Assembly: GCA_964605525.1 (NCBI GenBank)
Contig: CAZSCV010000001.1
Coordinates: 18,424-82,423, forward strand
Origin: an uncultured Bdellovibrionales bacterium
GTDB lineage: Bacteria; Patescibacteriota; Minisyncoccia; Moranbacterales; UBA9337
Length of the DNA: 64,000 nucleotides
Direction of reading: 5' to 3'
The translations under genes were made by a program, and so were the position numbers. Below, piece by piece: positions 20,606 to 30,274 of the stretch. The notes beneath the pieces are model-generated. The model worked only from the letters and a program-made list of their open reading frames with translations, did no database searches and was not told the origin of the DNA. Numbering within the stretch: position 1 is the first letter of the stretch; each line of letters begins with the position of its first letter.

Positions 20606-21319
20606 ATGTCTGCACTTTTCTCCATCTTCGTTTCTCAGCCAATCTTGAACACCCTGGTTTTCCTATACAATATAATCCCAGGACACGATTTTGGAATAGC
20701 CATCATACTTACCACAATCATATTAAAATCAGTCCTGCTGCCTCTTTCAAAAAAACAAATAGAATCCCAGAAAAAACTCCAAGATCTCCAGCCTCAAATA
20801 AAAGAATTGCAAGAAAAAAATAAAAATGACAAAGAAAAGCAAACAAAGGAGCTAATGCAGTTTTACAAAGATAATAAAGTTAATCCGTTTGGTGGATGCC
20901 TGCCATTAATTGTTCAATTGATTTTTTTAATTGCCATTTATCGCATTATTATCCAAATTTCCGCTTCCGGTTTCATTATTAATGGACAAAATTTATACTC
21001 TTTTGTTGCTAATCCCGGCAATATAAACCATCTTTTCATTGGATTGGTAGACCTTACGAAACCTAATATCATTTTAGCTGTTTTAGCTGCAGCTGCCCAA
21101 TTTTGGCAAACAAAAATGCTTATGCAAAAACAGCCCATATCTCCTGCCAAAGACGGTGCGCCTGATTTTGCTCAAATGATGAGCAAGCAGATGCTATTTC
21201 TCGGACCGATTATGACACTCTTTATTGGAATAAAATTCGCCGCCGGCCTGGCTCTTTATTGGTTGGTTTCCACTCTTTTCGCCGTATTCCAGCAGCTTTA
21301 TATTTTCAAAAAAAAATAA
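20606..21319 (+). CDS. yidC: YidC/Oxa1 membrane protein insertase (short form)
   Basis: DFGIAIILTTI, LQPQIKELQEK, NPFGGCLPLIVQL, AGLALYWLVS. Confidence 0.95.
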   Translation: MSALFSIFVSQPILNTLVFLYNIIPGHDFGIAIILTTIILKSVLLPLSKKQIESQKKLQDLQPQIKELQEKNKNDKEKQTKELMQFYKDNKVNPFGGCLPLIVQLIFLIAIYRIIIQISASGFIINGQNLYSFVANPGNINHLFIGLVDLTKPNIILAVLAAAAQFWQTKMLMQKQPISPAKDGAPDFAQMMSKQMLFLGPIMTLFIGIKFAAGLALYWLVSTLFAVFQQLYIFKKK

Positions 21320-21384
21320 TTCAAAACAATGCTTCAACTATTCCTTTTTTCTGGCTTTCTGCTATCATTATAAAAAGATAAATA

Positions 21385-21876
21385 ATGAATTTACAAATAT
21401 CTATGAATGAAAATAACAGCGAAATCATCCAGAAATCAGTTAAGGAAATTCTTTCTTTAATGGGGTTTGACTGCCAAGTGGAAATAAAGACTGAAACCAT
21501 AGATGACCAAGAAAGCATGGTTTGCAATGTTTTAATTGAGGAGGATTCAAATTTCATTATCGGTCAGCATGGAACAAACCTCCAATCGCTCCAGCATATC
21601 GCCCGATTGATTACTAGAAAAAAAACAGACGATCCTGTGAAATTCATCCTGGATGTTAATTCTTATCGCCAACAAAAAAACCAGGACATTATCGAACAAG
21701 CCCGGGAGTTGGCAAAACAAGCGTTGAGAGAGAAGAAATCCGTTGCCATGCGCCCAATGTCTGCTTATGAGAGAAGACTGGTTCATATGGAATTCAGTGG
21801 AAGTGAAGACATCTCTACTGAAAGTATTGGCGAAGGGGAAGAAAAAAAAATCATTATCAGACCTTCCTCAATCTAA
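21385..21876 (+). CDS. jag: Jag/EloR KH-R3H RNA-binding protein
   Basis: IIGQHGTNLQSLQ (KH), PMSAYERRLVH (R3H), TESIGEGEE. Confidence 0.92.
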   Translation: MNLQISMNENNSEIIQKSVKEILSLMGFDCQVEIKTETIDDQESMVCNVLIEEDSNFIIGQHGTNLQSLQHIARLITRKKTDDPVKFILDVNSYRQQKNQDIIEQARELAKQALREKKSVAMRPMSAYERRLVHMEFSGSEDISTESIGEGEEKKIIIRPSSI

Positions 21877-21915
21877 CCACAAAACTTGTTTTTACATTTT
21901 GAATTTTTTTATACT

Positions 21916-23334
21916 ATGCTCGCCAGAAAAATAGCTTATAATGTCGCTTTCAATGCGACTACGAAAGTACTTTCCACGATCTTGGCACTTGTTGGAATCG
22001 GTTTCATCACTCGCTATCTGGGGCAAGAAGGATTCGGGGAATACGCCACCGCTTTGGCGTTTTTTTCCTTTTTTGGAGCATTGGCGGATTTGGGACTTTA
22101 CTCCGTCGCTACCCGCGAAATTTCACGCGAAGGCGCTAACGAAGATGAAATTATCGGAAATGTTTTTTCTTTGCGCATTTTTACCGCGATGTTGGTTTTT
22201 ATTATTTCCCCCTTGATAATATACTTCTTCCCATATTCGCCGGAAGTAAAGAAAGCGATTCTGCTGACCGCCGCCGCTTTTGTTTTTTCTTCCGGATACA
22301 TGGTTCTTAATGGAATTTTCCAGAAAAATCTGACAATGTACCGGGTCGCAATTGTCGAACTGGTTGGAAAAGTCTTGCAAACAGGAATAATAATCATAGC
22401 AGTTGTAAGAGATTGGGGATTTTTAGCTATAATGTCTTCTCTTTTGGCATATATGGCGTTTAATTTCTTTTTTGTATTATTGCTTAGCCGGAAATATGTC
22501 AAATTTCATTTGCATTTTAATTTTCCTTATTGGAAAAAATTCCTTAAAATGTCCGCCCCAATGGGAATTTCCGTCATCATCACCTTTCTTTATTTCAAAA
22601 TGGACACAATTTTACTTTCAGTGTTAAAAGGCAGTGCAGAAGTGGGAATATACAACGCCGCTTACAAAATCCTTGAAAACATCACTTTTTTTCCTGCAAT
22701 GATTGTCGGTCTCACTCTTCCGCTCACTTCAAAATTTATTTTCACAGACAAAAAGAAATTCGCAGAAATTTCCAACAAAACCGCCAAAGTATTTTTTCTA
22801 CTGATCATTCCTTTGTTTGTCGCGGTTATGTTTTTGGCCGAAGATATTATGCTCCTTATCGGTGGCGCTGAATTTGCCGTTTCCGCCAATACTTTGCGTA
22901 TTTTGATAATCGCTCTTGTGTTTATTTTCTTTGGAAACTTCTTCAACAATATTCTTTTGGCGGGCAACTTACAAAAGAAAATGATGGTTGCCTTGGGATT
23001 TTGCGCCGCTTTCAATATCGGCGCCAACTTTGTGATGATTCCGCTTTATTCCTATACTGGAGCCGCCATCACTTCGGCGCTGACTGAAATGCTGGTCATT
23101 GCCATAACCTCCTTTTTAGTCTTTAAATACTTAGATTACGTTCCTAAAATTGAAAACTGGCTACGCTTTGTTTTTTCCGGCTTGATGATGGCAATATTTT
23201 TGTTTTTATTCCGCGGTCAAAATTTCTTCCTCCTCGCCCTCGGCTCCAGCGCCATCTATTTTCTCTTCCTCTGGCTAACCCGAGCCATCACCGCCACCGA
23301 AATCAAAAGCATTATGCAAAAAGACGTTGCGTGA
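21916..23334 (+). CDS. Wzx-type polysaccharide flippase (MOP family)
   Basis: ITRYLGQEGFGEY, ADLGL, KMDTILLS...VGIYNAAYK; about 14 TM helices. Confidence 0.9.
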   Translation: MLARKIAYNVAFNATTKVLSTILALVGIGFITRYLGQEGFGEYATALAFFSFFGALADLGLYSVATREISREGANEDEIIGNVFSLRIFTAMLVFIISPLIIYFFPYSPEVKKAILLTAAAFVFSSGYMVLNGIFQKNLTMYRVAIVELVGKVLQTGIIIIAVVRDWGFLAIMSSLLAYMAFNFFFVLLLSRKYVKFHLHFNFPYWKKFLKMSAPMGISVIITFLYFKMDTILLSVLKGSAEVGIYNAAYKILENITFFPAMIVGLTLPLTSKFIFTDKKKFAEISNKTAKVFFLLIIPLFVAVMFLAEDIMLLIGGAEFAVSANTLRILIIALVFIFFGNFFNNILLAGNLQKKMMVALGFCAAFNIGANFVMIPLYSYTGAAITSALTEMLVIAITSFLVFKYLDYVPKIENWLRFVFSGLMMAIFLFLFRGQNFFLLALGSSAIYFLFLWLTRAITATEIKSIMQKDVA

Positions 23335-23347
23335 AAATTTTACAATT

Positions 23348-23385
23348 AAAAAAAGTCCGAGAGAGTTTTCTCTCGGACTTTTATT
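23348..23385. terminator. Bidirectional terminator between convergent genes
   Basis: AAAAGTCCGAGAGA-GTTT-TCTCTCGGACTTTT. Confidence 0.8.
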
Positions 23386-23391
23386 TTTCAA

Positions 23392-24519
23392 TTACCACAA
23401 CCCAGCTCGCTTCCGATAGGCCTCAATCTCCGCAAGAGTTCTTTCAATGCCGCCAAAGAGTTCAGGAAAAAGAAATTCATACTGCCCGGCATGAAGCTGG
23501 AGAAAATCAGAAATAACTGGGAGCGGCAAATTCTCCAAAGAACGAAATAAAAAATTTGCCAATCCCCTTTTACTTTTCGAAAGATCTTTCCATTCCACAT
23601 CAGTAAAAACCCTGTGCAATATTCGCAAAGCCTCGCTCTTTCTATTGCTCATTGTGCCAACTCTTTTTAGCAGTTTTAAAAGAGAAATATACAAAATATC
23701 ATCCGCTTCTTCTATAGCCGCTATTAATCGTTCTAATCCAACGACACTAATAAACAAAGAGCGATCCCATTCCCTGAGATTAACTACGTAACTTTCTTTG
23801 TTTTGAATTGTGATTATTGGTATCATATTCAATCTTTCGATTGTTCCAATATCCAGCCACTGACCATTTGGCAATAAATACAAAAATTCATTACGATATC
23901 CCCAAGGAACAACAATATTGTACCAGTTAGATGTGAGATAATTATCCCTCGTATCAACCCCTTCGAGCTGATTTTCCATAAGTCCACATTTCGAAAAGGT
24001 ATCGCGCAAACAATCTTCGTCTATATAGGCATCGACGAGAACTTTCCTCTCCTGTTTTTCTTTTTTTCGACTCATTTCGATGTTGCTAGCCGTATTTCCG
24101 GAAAAATAAGTGACCTTGATTCTTGATTGATCTAAGCCGATTGCGATAAAAAAATCCAGCATAGTCCTTACAATCCCTTCATAACAAGTCCTTGCGCTAT
24201 CAACACCAATGACCTTTCCGCCCGCAATTGTCGCAAGAGTAAAAAGTCCCAAGTGCTGTCCGTTGCCATTAACATCACGGCAATAAAAATTCTCAAAATC
24301 TCGCATCCTAATCGCCGGCTGAATTTTTTGGAAATTATCGCCAATTGCAATATCGACAAAATTTCCGTATTTTTCAAACCATTGCATTTCATCTAAGCAA
24401 TAACAGAACTGCCCTGGATATAATGGCGATGAAATAGGTGTGTTTTTCAAAATTGAAATACCACTATTCTTATGAATAATCTTGATTTTCTCCATTACTA
24501 TTTTAGCGGTTTTCTCCAT
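23392..24519 (-). CDS. Alanyl-tRNA synthetase catalytic-domain paralog (375 aa, no editing or C-terminal domains)
   Basis: QPAIRMRDF...HLGLFTL (cf. AlaRS motif 2 QKCIR..D...HHTFFEM), RIKVTYF, WLDIGTI, ISVVGLERLIAAI (cf. IDTGMGLER); CAGGAG SD. Confidence 0.65.
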   Translation of the reverse strand: MEKTAKIVMEKIKIIHKNSGISILKNTPISSPLYPGQFCYCLDEMQWFEKYGNFVDIAIGDNFQKIQPAIRMRDFENFYCRDVNGNGQHLGLFTLATIAGGKVIGVDSARTCYEGIVRTMLDFFIAIGLDQSRIKVTYFSGNTASNIEMSRKKEKQERKVLVDAYIDEDCLRDTFSKCGLMENQLEGVDTRDNYLTSNWYNIVVPWGYRNEFLYLLPNGQWLDIGTIERLNMIPIITIQNKESYVVNLREWDRSLFISVVGLERLIAAIEEADDILYISLLKLLKRVGTMSNRKSEALRILHRVFTDVEWKDLSKSKRGLANFLFRSLENLPLPVISDFLQLHAGQYEFLFPELFGGIERTLAEIEAYRKRAGLW

Positions 24520-24715
24520 TGAGATTCTCCTGTTAATTTATGGGTTTCAAGTTTAACTATTATGTTTTCAAAGATCAACAAGCAAGCATATCATTTCCAA
24601 TAGAATAAACAATAAAATTGCCCGTTTTTATTATTTTGTTGACTTTTTGCTTAATATAAAGTATAATTAAGCTATAAAAAAACGGCGGTTTTGCCGTCAT
24701 TAATAAAAATATCTT

Positions 24716-25453
24716 ATGAGTATCCTTAATAAACTTCAAAAACTCAGCCTAAGCGAAATCCAGTCCAAAGCGTATATTGCCCTTTTACAGATTGGCGAGG
24801 GCAGCGCTTTGCAAGTTTCCCGCAATGCAAACCTCCCAAAATCAACGGTTTTTGAAACGCTTAAATCCCTTAACGGATTAAATCTAATTTCTAAGAGGTC
24901 ACAAGGGAACAAAAATATTTTCTTTGTTTCAGATCCACGCATTATCTTGGATAACATAAAAGAACAAGCACGAACAGCTGAAGACATCCTTCCGGAACTT
25001 CGCGGACTATACAAAGCTTTTAACAAAAATGCGCAAGTACGTTTTTTTGAAGGACCAAAAGCTATTGAAATAATTATAAACGAAACATTGATGGAAGCAA
25101 AAGAATTAAAATTAATAGGATCTATTTCTGATACAGTTGAATTCTACCCTAAATACTTTCCCCGATTCTCAATACAACGCGTTAAACGCAAAATACCTCT
25201 TCGTATACTCACAAACGACTCAGAGACAGCACAAGAAAATATTCTTCTAGATAAAAGAAAATTGCGCACAACCAAAATAATCCAAAATAAAGAATTTTCC
25301 TCAATGATTTGGATGTGGTCTGGTAAAATCGGCATAATTGCCACGCGAGGAAAACAATTTGCGATGGTTATCGATGAACCCGGAATATTCGGCATTCAAA
25401 CCGCAATGTTTGATTTAATTTGGGATTCGCTTCCGGAAAGTAAACAATATTGA
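24716..25453 (+). CDS. TrmB-family regulator (paralog 2)
   Basis: LSEIQSKAYIALLQIG...LPKSTVF; VRFFEG; MFDLIW. Confidence 0.85.
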   Translation: MSILNKLQKLSLSEIQSKAYIALLQIGEGSALQVSRNANLPKSTVFETLKSLNGLNLISKRSQGNKNIFFVSDPRIILDNIKEQARTAEDILPELRGLYKAFNKNAQVRFFEGPKAIEIIINETLMEAKELKLIGSISDTVEFYPKYFPRFSIQRVKRKIPLRILTNDSETAQENILLDKRKLRTTKIIQNKEFSSMIWMWSGKIGIIATRGKQFAMVIDEPGIFGIQTAMFDLIWDSLPESKQY

Positions 25454-25479
25454 TTTAATATTTTCCAATTCTTCCAAAA

Positions 25480-26250
25480 TTACTTTTGCGACAGTGTCCA
25501 AAGTTTTTTGAACATTTCACGCATATTGAAAGCTAGCGCATGATCATGCAGTTCTACTAGATAAAATGGGTGCTGCCGCGTGTTTATCATTATTAAATAA
25601 TCCCCAGCTACCCATACGCTTGAAGTGAAATTGAGATCATCCGCAAAACGCACATCCCTTTTATGCTTGAAATTTTTTTTAGCTTGCTTTTTCTCTATTT
25701 CTGACACATTGGTAAAAATTTGCCCGCGAAGATTCTTAGCATACGGCGTCTCCCATGAAGCATTTATCCATTTTTCGTAATTTTCCACGAAGCTATGATC
25801 CTGAAATCCCCACCAAACTCCATCAGACCCGACAACTGCCTTTGACCACTTGATCAAATTATCAAAAAGAAATTTTTCCAATCCATCCTCTTCAATAAAA
25901 ACAATTTTAGGAACAGGATATAGTTTTTCCGCGGTAATCAGATTCAGCTCCCCGACAGCCTTTTTTATCAAAACCTCTTTGTCTTTGATTTCCCGACGCA
26001 TCTGATCCAAGATTTTTTCTAAATTTTTAGGCGGCAAAGGGACATAATACAACGATTTGGAACTTATATCTTCAGCTATGATGCCCTTTGACAACAAATT
26101 TCCCGCAACGCTATACAAAGTCGCCCTGTTTAATTTCGTAATTTTCGCCAAAACAGCAGGCTTTACCTTGCCGCTTTTCAATAAGGCTAGGTAAACTTTG
26201 ATTTCTTTGTCATTCAAGCCTAGATTTTTCAAAATTTGATGGATACTCAT
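25480..26250 (-). CDS. TrmB-family regulator (paralog 3)
   Basis: LGLNDKEIKVYLALL...LNRATLY; PKIVFIE; MFKKLW. Confidence 0.85.
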   Translation of the reverse strand: MSIHQILKNLGLNDKEIKVYLALLKSGKVKPAVLAKITKLNRATLYSVAGNLLSKGIIAEDISSKSLYYVPLPPKNLEKILDQMRREIKDKEVLIKKAVGELNLITAEKLYPVPKIVFIEEDGLEKFLFDNLIKWSKAVVGSDGVWWGFQDHSFVENYEKWINASWETPYAKNLRGQIFTNVSEIEKKQAKKNFKHKRDVRFADDLNFTSSVWVAGDYLIMINTRQHPFYLVELHDHALAFNMREMFKKLWTLSQK

Positions 26251-26417
26251 ATGTCCATTATACTCTGTTGTTGAAATATTGTCAACAATTGTTCGACAAA
26301 TATTGACAATATTTTTATTTTGGACTATATTGCCCTATTGTGATGGAATTGTCCACCATAATACCTATTCTTTAAAAATCAAATAATTCGAAACAATCAT
26401 TAAATCAGGAGGAAATT

Positions 26418-26840
26418 ATGACTTGGCAAATTTACCTATTTCTAACAATTTTGTTCTGGGGCGGATACAATATTTCCTATAGGTTCACAACAAATAAAAT
26501 AGATTTTGCGCTTTTATTATTCATAGTTGGAATAGTACATGCATTAACAGCTATCCCTTGGGCAGTGTCTGGTTACATGAAAAAAGGATTCATACTTCAT
26601 TCCGATAGCGGCATTAGTATAGCCATTCTCATGGGAGTTTTTATGACTTTAGGTGGAATAGCTTTTACTCGCGCCTTTAGTTTGGGAATCCCAGTTTCTG
26701 TGGCTACGCCAGGATACAGCGTCGGAGTTATACTTCTGAGCGCCATTACTGGGATTGTTTTAGGTGAATCACTTACACTGCAATGGGTTGTAGGAATGAT
26801 TATGGGCATAGTGTCGGTTTATCTTTTAACAATAAAATAG
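26418..26840 (+). CDS. EamA/DMT-family small transporter
   Basis: About 5 TM helices; PVSVATP, LGESLTLQWVVG; AGGAGG SD. Confidence 0.75.
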   Translation: MTWQIYLFLTILFWGGYNISYRFTTNKIDFALLLFIVGIVHALTAIPWAVSGYMKKGFILHSDSGISIAILMGVFMTLGGIAFTRAFSLGIPVSVATPGYSVGVILLSAITGIVLGESLTLQWVVGMIMGIVSVYLLTIK

Positions 26841-26851
26841 GGGGGAAAGTT

Positions 26852-27421
26852 ATGAAAAAAATTATTTTATTGGCAATCTTGTACATTAGTCTTACGACAA
26901 ATATTGTCATGGCAACTACTCCGATTTCAGGAGATGTAGAAGTGCGCGAAATCGTCACTAGCAATAAATCTTCCCAGCAATTGAATTTCTATGGATCTAG
27001 CTTGGTTGATGGGAACATCCTTGGCATCTCCGGAGTTGCCAGCGTCAGCAAGGATTATTCCGAAGCATACATCGGACCGATTTGGATGCCCGCACCATGG
27101 ATTTCCCTCGAAGCCGGCGTCGGACTTCAACAGATTGAAAATGGATCACCATTGAGATATGCCTTGGCAGGCTGGATCGGAAATTCGATCGGATCCCTCT
27201 ACTACATCCGGGAAATGGGCGCCGACAGTGATGACTGGTGGGAAAAGTTGCGGATATTTGCCAATCTCGGAGAATTTGCCAAAATTGGCGTTGTTTACGA
27301 GAAGGGATATGATTGGGGACCGATAATCGAAATTCCAATCCCATCATCCCGATTCAAAATTCGGGCAACCTGGCACCCCGAACCAAATATCGCACACTTC
27401 AGTTTGTTTTTTAACTTCTAA
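26852..27421 (+). CDS. Secreted protein with outer-membrane beta-barrel-like features
   Basis: Signal peptide MKKIILLAILYISL; alternating amphipathic Gly/aromatic strands; ends FSLFFNF. Confidence 0.55.
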   Translation: MKKIILLAILYISLTTNIVMATTPISGDVEVREIVTSNKSSQQLNFYGSSLVDGNILGISGVASVSKDYSEAYIGPIWMPAPWISLEAGVGLQQIENGSPLRYALAGWIGNSIGSLYYIREMGADSDDWWEKLRIFANLGEFAKIGVVYEKGYDWGPIIEIPIPSSRFKIRATWHPEPNIAHFSLFFNF

Positions 27422-27450
27422 TTTAGGAGATTTTATATCCAGATCTAACG

Positions 27451-27532
27451 AAAGCGGCACCAAATGGCACCGCTTTTTATATTTATCAAGTAATAAAAAA
27501 ACAGGAGGCCAGCGCTATGCGCAAAGCCTCCT
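27451..27532. terminator. Two back-to-back terminator hairpins
   Basis: AAAGCGG...CCGCTTTTT (plus strand) and AAAAAAACAGGAGGC...GCCTCCT (minus strand). Confidence 0.65.
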
Positions 27533-27571
27533 ATGCAACTTGTCTTCACGAAATCAAGGAATTATCTCCTT

Positions 27572-27760
27572 TTATAAGGGGCCGCTATAGAACCCCTTAT
27601 CACGATAATCCCTATCATTATCTCGGGAAAGCTCTTTGATAATTCTATCGATTGCTCCTTTTTCTTCTCCTGTAAAACCTTTCATTTCCTCAAGTTCTTC
27701 TCCACGTTCAATTGATGAATGATCACACATTTGTCTACCACAAATTTTACAACATTTCAT
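27572..27760 (-). CDS. Small protein with N-terminal CCxxC-x4-CxH metal-binding motif
   Basis: GGGAGG SD; MKCCKICGRQMCDH; own downstream hairpin. Confidence 0.6.
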   Translation of the reverse strand: MKCCKICGRQMCDHSSIERGEELEEMKGFTGEEKGAIDRIIKELSRDNDRDYRDKGFYSGPL

Positions 27761-27832
27761 CTTTCTACCTCCCTTGTTAAATTAAAATCTATTACCACCC
27801 TCACACACCTCTTAAATAGATTTCTGACTTCC

Positions 27833-28612
27833 CTACTTTTCCAACATCTTCCACATCATCTCAAAATATTGCCGGTGGGTTTCGGCGAAGTCCCTACTTT
27901 CTATTACGACGATAATGTTTTCCTCCTTGGTTGAGAACATTGCAATCTTGTTTCCGAAAATTATTTCCGTCGAAGGAAATTGGAACTCTTTCGGAGCAAG
28001 GCGCGTTTCTCGGTTGTGCTTCAAATCTATTTTTTGAAGCTTTTGCGCCGACTGCGAATCTTCATTGATAGCTCGGCTGGAAAAACCCAGACGAACTTTC
28101 TTTTTTTGGATCTCTTCCAAAAAACTTTCACCCGCAAATTCAATGAATGTTTCAATACGAGCCAAACTCAAAAAGTTTTTGTCCTTGGAAGAAAAAATAT
28201 CATTCCAAACTTTTTTGAACCCTTTTTCTCCCTCATAAACCCTAATCTGGGGTTTAAAGGAATCGCCTAGATAGATGGCATTGATCGTCGGTAGGATGTC
28301 CTCCACGATTTTTTTGGATTTTTGCAATTCATGATGTTTTTCATCTAGAAGCGCATACAGCTTGCCAGTCGGATTTTCAGAAATCAACCTCCTTTTCTTA
28401 CCTTTCTTTATTTCCGTGACAAATCCTTTAATTTTCAACTTTTCAACAATATCATAAACCGTCCCGCGGCTTAATTCAGTGCCTTCAGAAATTGAAGGAA
28501 TAGAAGCTTCGCTATTTTCCATAACTGACAGATATATCAAAGATTCCTTATCAGTTAATCCTAATTGTAAAAGACCGCTCAGAACCTCCTTTTTTTGAAT
28601 TTTGCTTAACAT
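27833..28612 (-). CDS. TrmB-family regulator (paralog 4)
   Basis: LGLTDKESLIYL...LSRGTVY; PQIRVYEGEKG; IFGNKIAMFS...VIES...YFEMMW. Confidence 0.85.
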   Translation of the reverse strand: MLSKIQKKEVLSGLLQLGLTDKESLIYLSVMENSEASIPSISEGTELSRGTVYDIVEKLKIKGFVTEIKKGKKRRLISENPTGKLYALLDEKHHELQKSKKIVEDILPTINAIYLGDSFKPQIRVYEGEKGFKKVWNDIFSSKDKNFLSLARIETFIEFAGESFLEEIQKKKVRLGFSSRAINEDSQSAQKLQKIDLKHNRETRLAPKEFQFPSTEIIFGNKIAMFSTKEENIIVVIESRDFAETHRQYFEMMWKMLEK

Positions 28613-28813
28613 AATAATATATACTTAATTTTTATTATTATCAATACTATCCGTCATTTTAAATTATCTAATGAATATATAACCCTTATTTAAGGCAAAA
28701 TAATGCAAAATAAAAAATGACGGGATGTATCGTCATTTTAACAAAAAATGTCTCTTATGTCAATAACATAGGCCTAATTATACCTAAATTATACCCATTT
28801 TGTACCTATTTTT

Positions 28814-29998
28814 TTATTTCACCTTTTCCAATTCATTGATTTTATCCAAATCAAAAATATCCCTGATTAATATTTTATTTTTTGCCTTAATATTATTGAA
28901 TAAATCCTCCTGTTTCCGGGGCATTTCTGAATTATATTTCACTTCAATCAAGGTTTTATTTTCCGTTAAAAAATCAATTTCATTGCCATCTTGGTATACA
29001 TATCGCGGATTAAGCTTCTTTATTTTCAGATAAACATAATTTTCAAGCAAACTGCCTTTATCGCGAAAGCCCGTAAAATATACGCGCATGCCTAAGTCGG
29101 CAGCATAAATCTTTTTGGCCGACAACAAGCGCTCATTGGTTTTGCCGAAACGCGGCACCAAAAAAATCAAATAAGAATCAGCAAACATCTGCAGATATCG
29201 CTTGGCTGAATCCGGTGAAATATCCAAAATTTTAGCAATCTTATTGATACTGCAAACCTTGCCCGCCCTTTCCATTAGCAACAGAAAAAAATCCTTGAGA
29301 ATTTGCACATCTTTTACGCCATAAAAAGCGGCGATGTCTTTTTGGATTATGTCATCCACCAATTCTTTCAAATACTCGATGTTGCCGGTCAAAACATATT
29401 CCGGCATTCCACCGACCTGCATAAAATCTTCGAAATAACTTTTCAGCAAATGTTTATCAGTTTTTTTAATCACAACTTTTTTAAATTGCAAATATTCTTC
29501 AAAATCCAACGGCAAAACTTCAACTATCATATTGCGCCCTGTCAAAAATGCTTTCCTGCTTTTCAGGAGTGAAGCACTGGATGATGAAGCATAAACTTTG
29601 GCATTTTGCTGGTCATAGATGTTTTTAAGTTGCAACTCAAAATCTTTTTGATACGTCACCTCATCCAAAAACAAAAATATTTTTTCAGAAAAATTCAATC
29701 TATGGATTTTTCTATACTCCTCGATAATCTCCAAAATACTCTTGCCTGTCAAAAGATAATCATCCAGGCTGACATAGAAAATCAATTTTGGATCAACTTT
29801 CCTTTGATCTATAAGATGTCGGATAATCTGCTTCATTAAAGTAGTCTTGCCCACGCGCCGCAAACCAGTCAAAATAGTCACCTGCCTACTTGCCAGATTA
29901 TCCTTCAAAACTTCCAAAATGCGCGGTCTTTCAATGATGTTTTCCGCCTTAAATTCAGTTTCCCACCAAGGATTATAGCGATATAATATTTGTTCCAT
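28814..29998 (-). CDS. AAA_14/DUF4143 ATPase
   Basis: YNPWW, GLRRVGKTT (Walker A), FLFLDEV (Walker B), GGMPE, KKIYAADLG, EIDFL...IEVK. Confidence 0.9.
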   Translation of the reverse strand: MEQILYRYNPWWETEFKAENIIERPRILEVLKDNLASRQVTILTGLRRVGKTTLMKQIIRHLIDQRKVDPKLIFYVSLDDYLLTGKSILEIIEEYRKIHRLNFSEKIFLFLDEVTYQKDFELQLKNIYDQQNAKVYASSSSASLLKSRKAFLTGRNMIVEVLPLDFEEYLQFKKVVIKKTDKHLLKSYFEDFMQVGGMPEYVLTGNIEYLKELVDDIIQKDIAAFYGVKDVQILKDFFLLLMERAGKVCSINKIAKILDISPDSAKRYLQMFADSYLIFLVPRFGKTNERLLSAKKIYAADLGMRVYFTGFRDKGSLLENYVYLKIKKLNPRYVYQDGNEIDFLTENKTLIEVKYNSEMPRKQEDLFNNIKAKNKILIRDIFDLDKINELEKVK

Positions 29999-30027
29999 AA
30001 AACTATTTTTACTATTTACAAATACAT

Positions 30028-30079
30028 TATACGATACTATCGTATAATTTGTCAAATATCTATACGATAGTATCGTATA
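30028..30079. promoter_or_regulatory. Two copies of a 19-bp operator palindrome upstream of the ATPase
   Basis: TATACGATACTATCGTATA (30028-30046) and TATACGATAGTATCGTATA (30061-30079), flanking a minus-strand TTGACA. Confidence 0.75.
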
Positions 30080-30274
30080 TCGTTATCAAGAAGTCTAATT
30101 AGCCTAAATTATACCTAAGCTCGATTTTCTTATTATTCGTAAAAATTTTTATACTTTCCCTGCCCCTTTCCAAGCCAATTCAAAAATGGCTTTTTGAGCA
30201 TTGGCGATTTCAGTTACAATTCAATGATTTTCAAAATAGCTGGCTTTTTACTCACTTTTTGCTAGAATTGGAAT

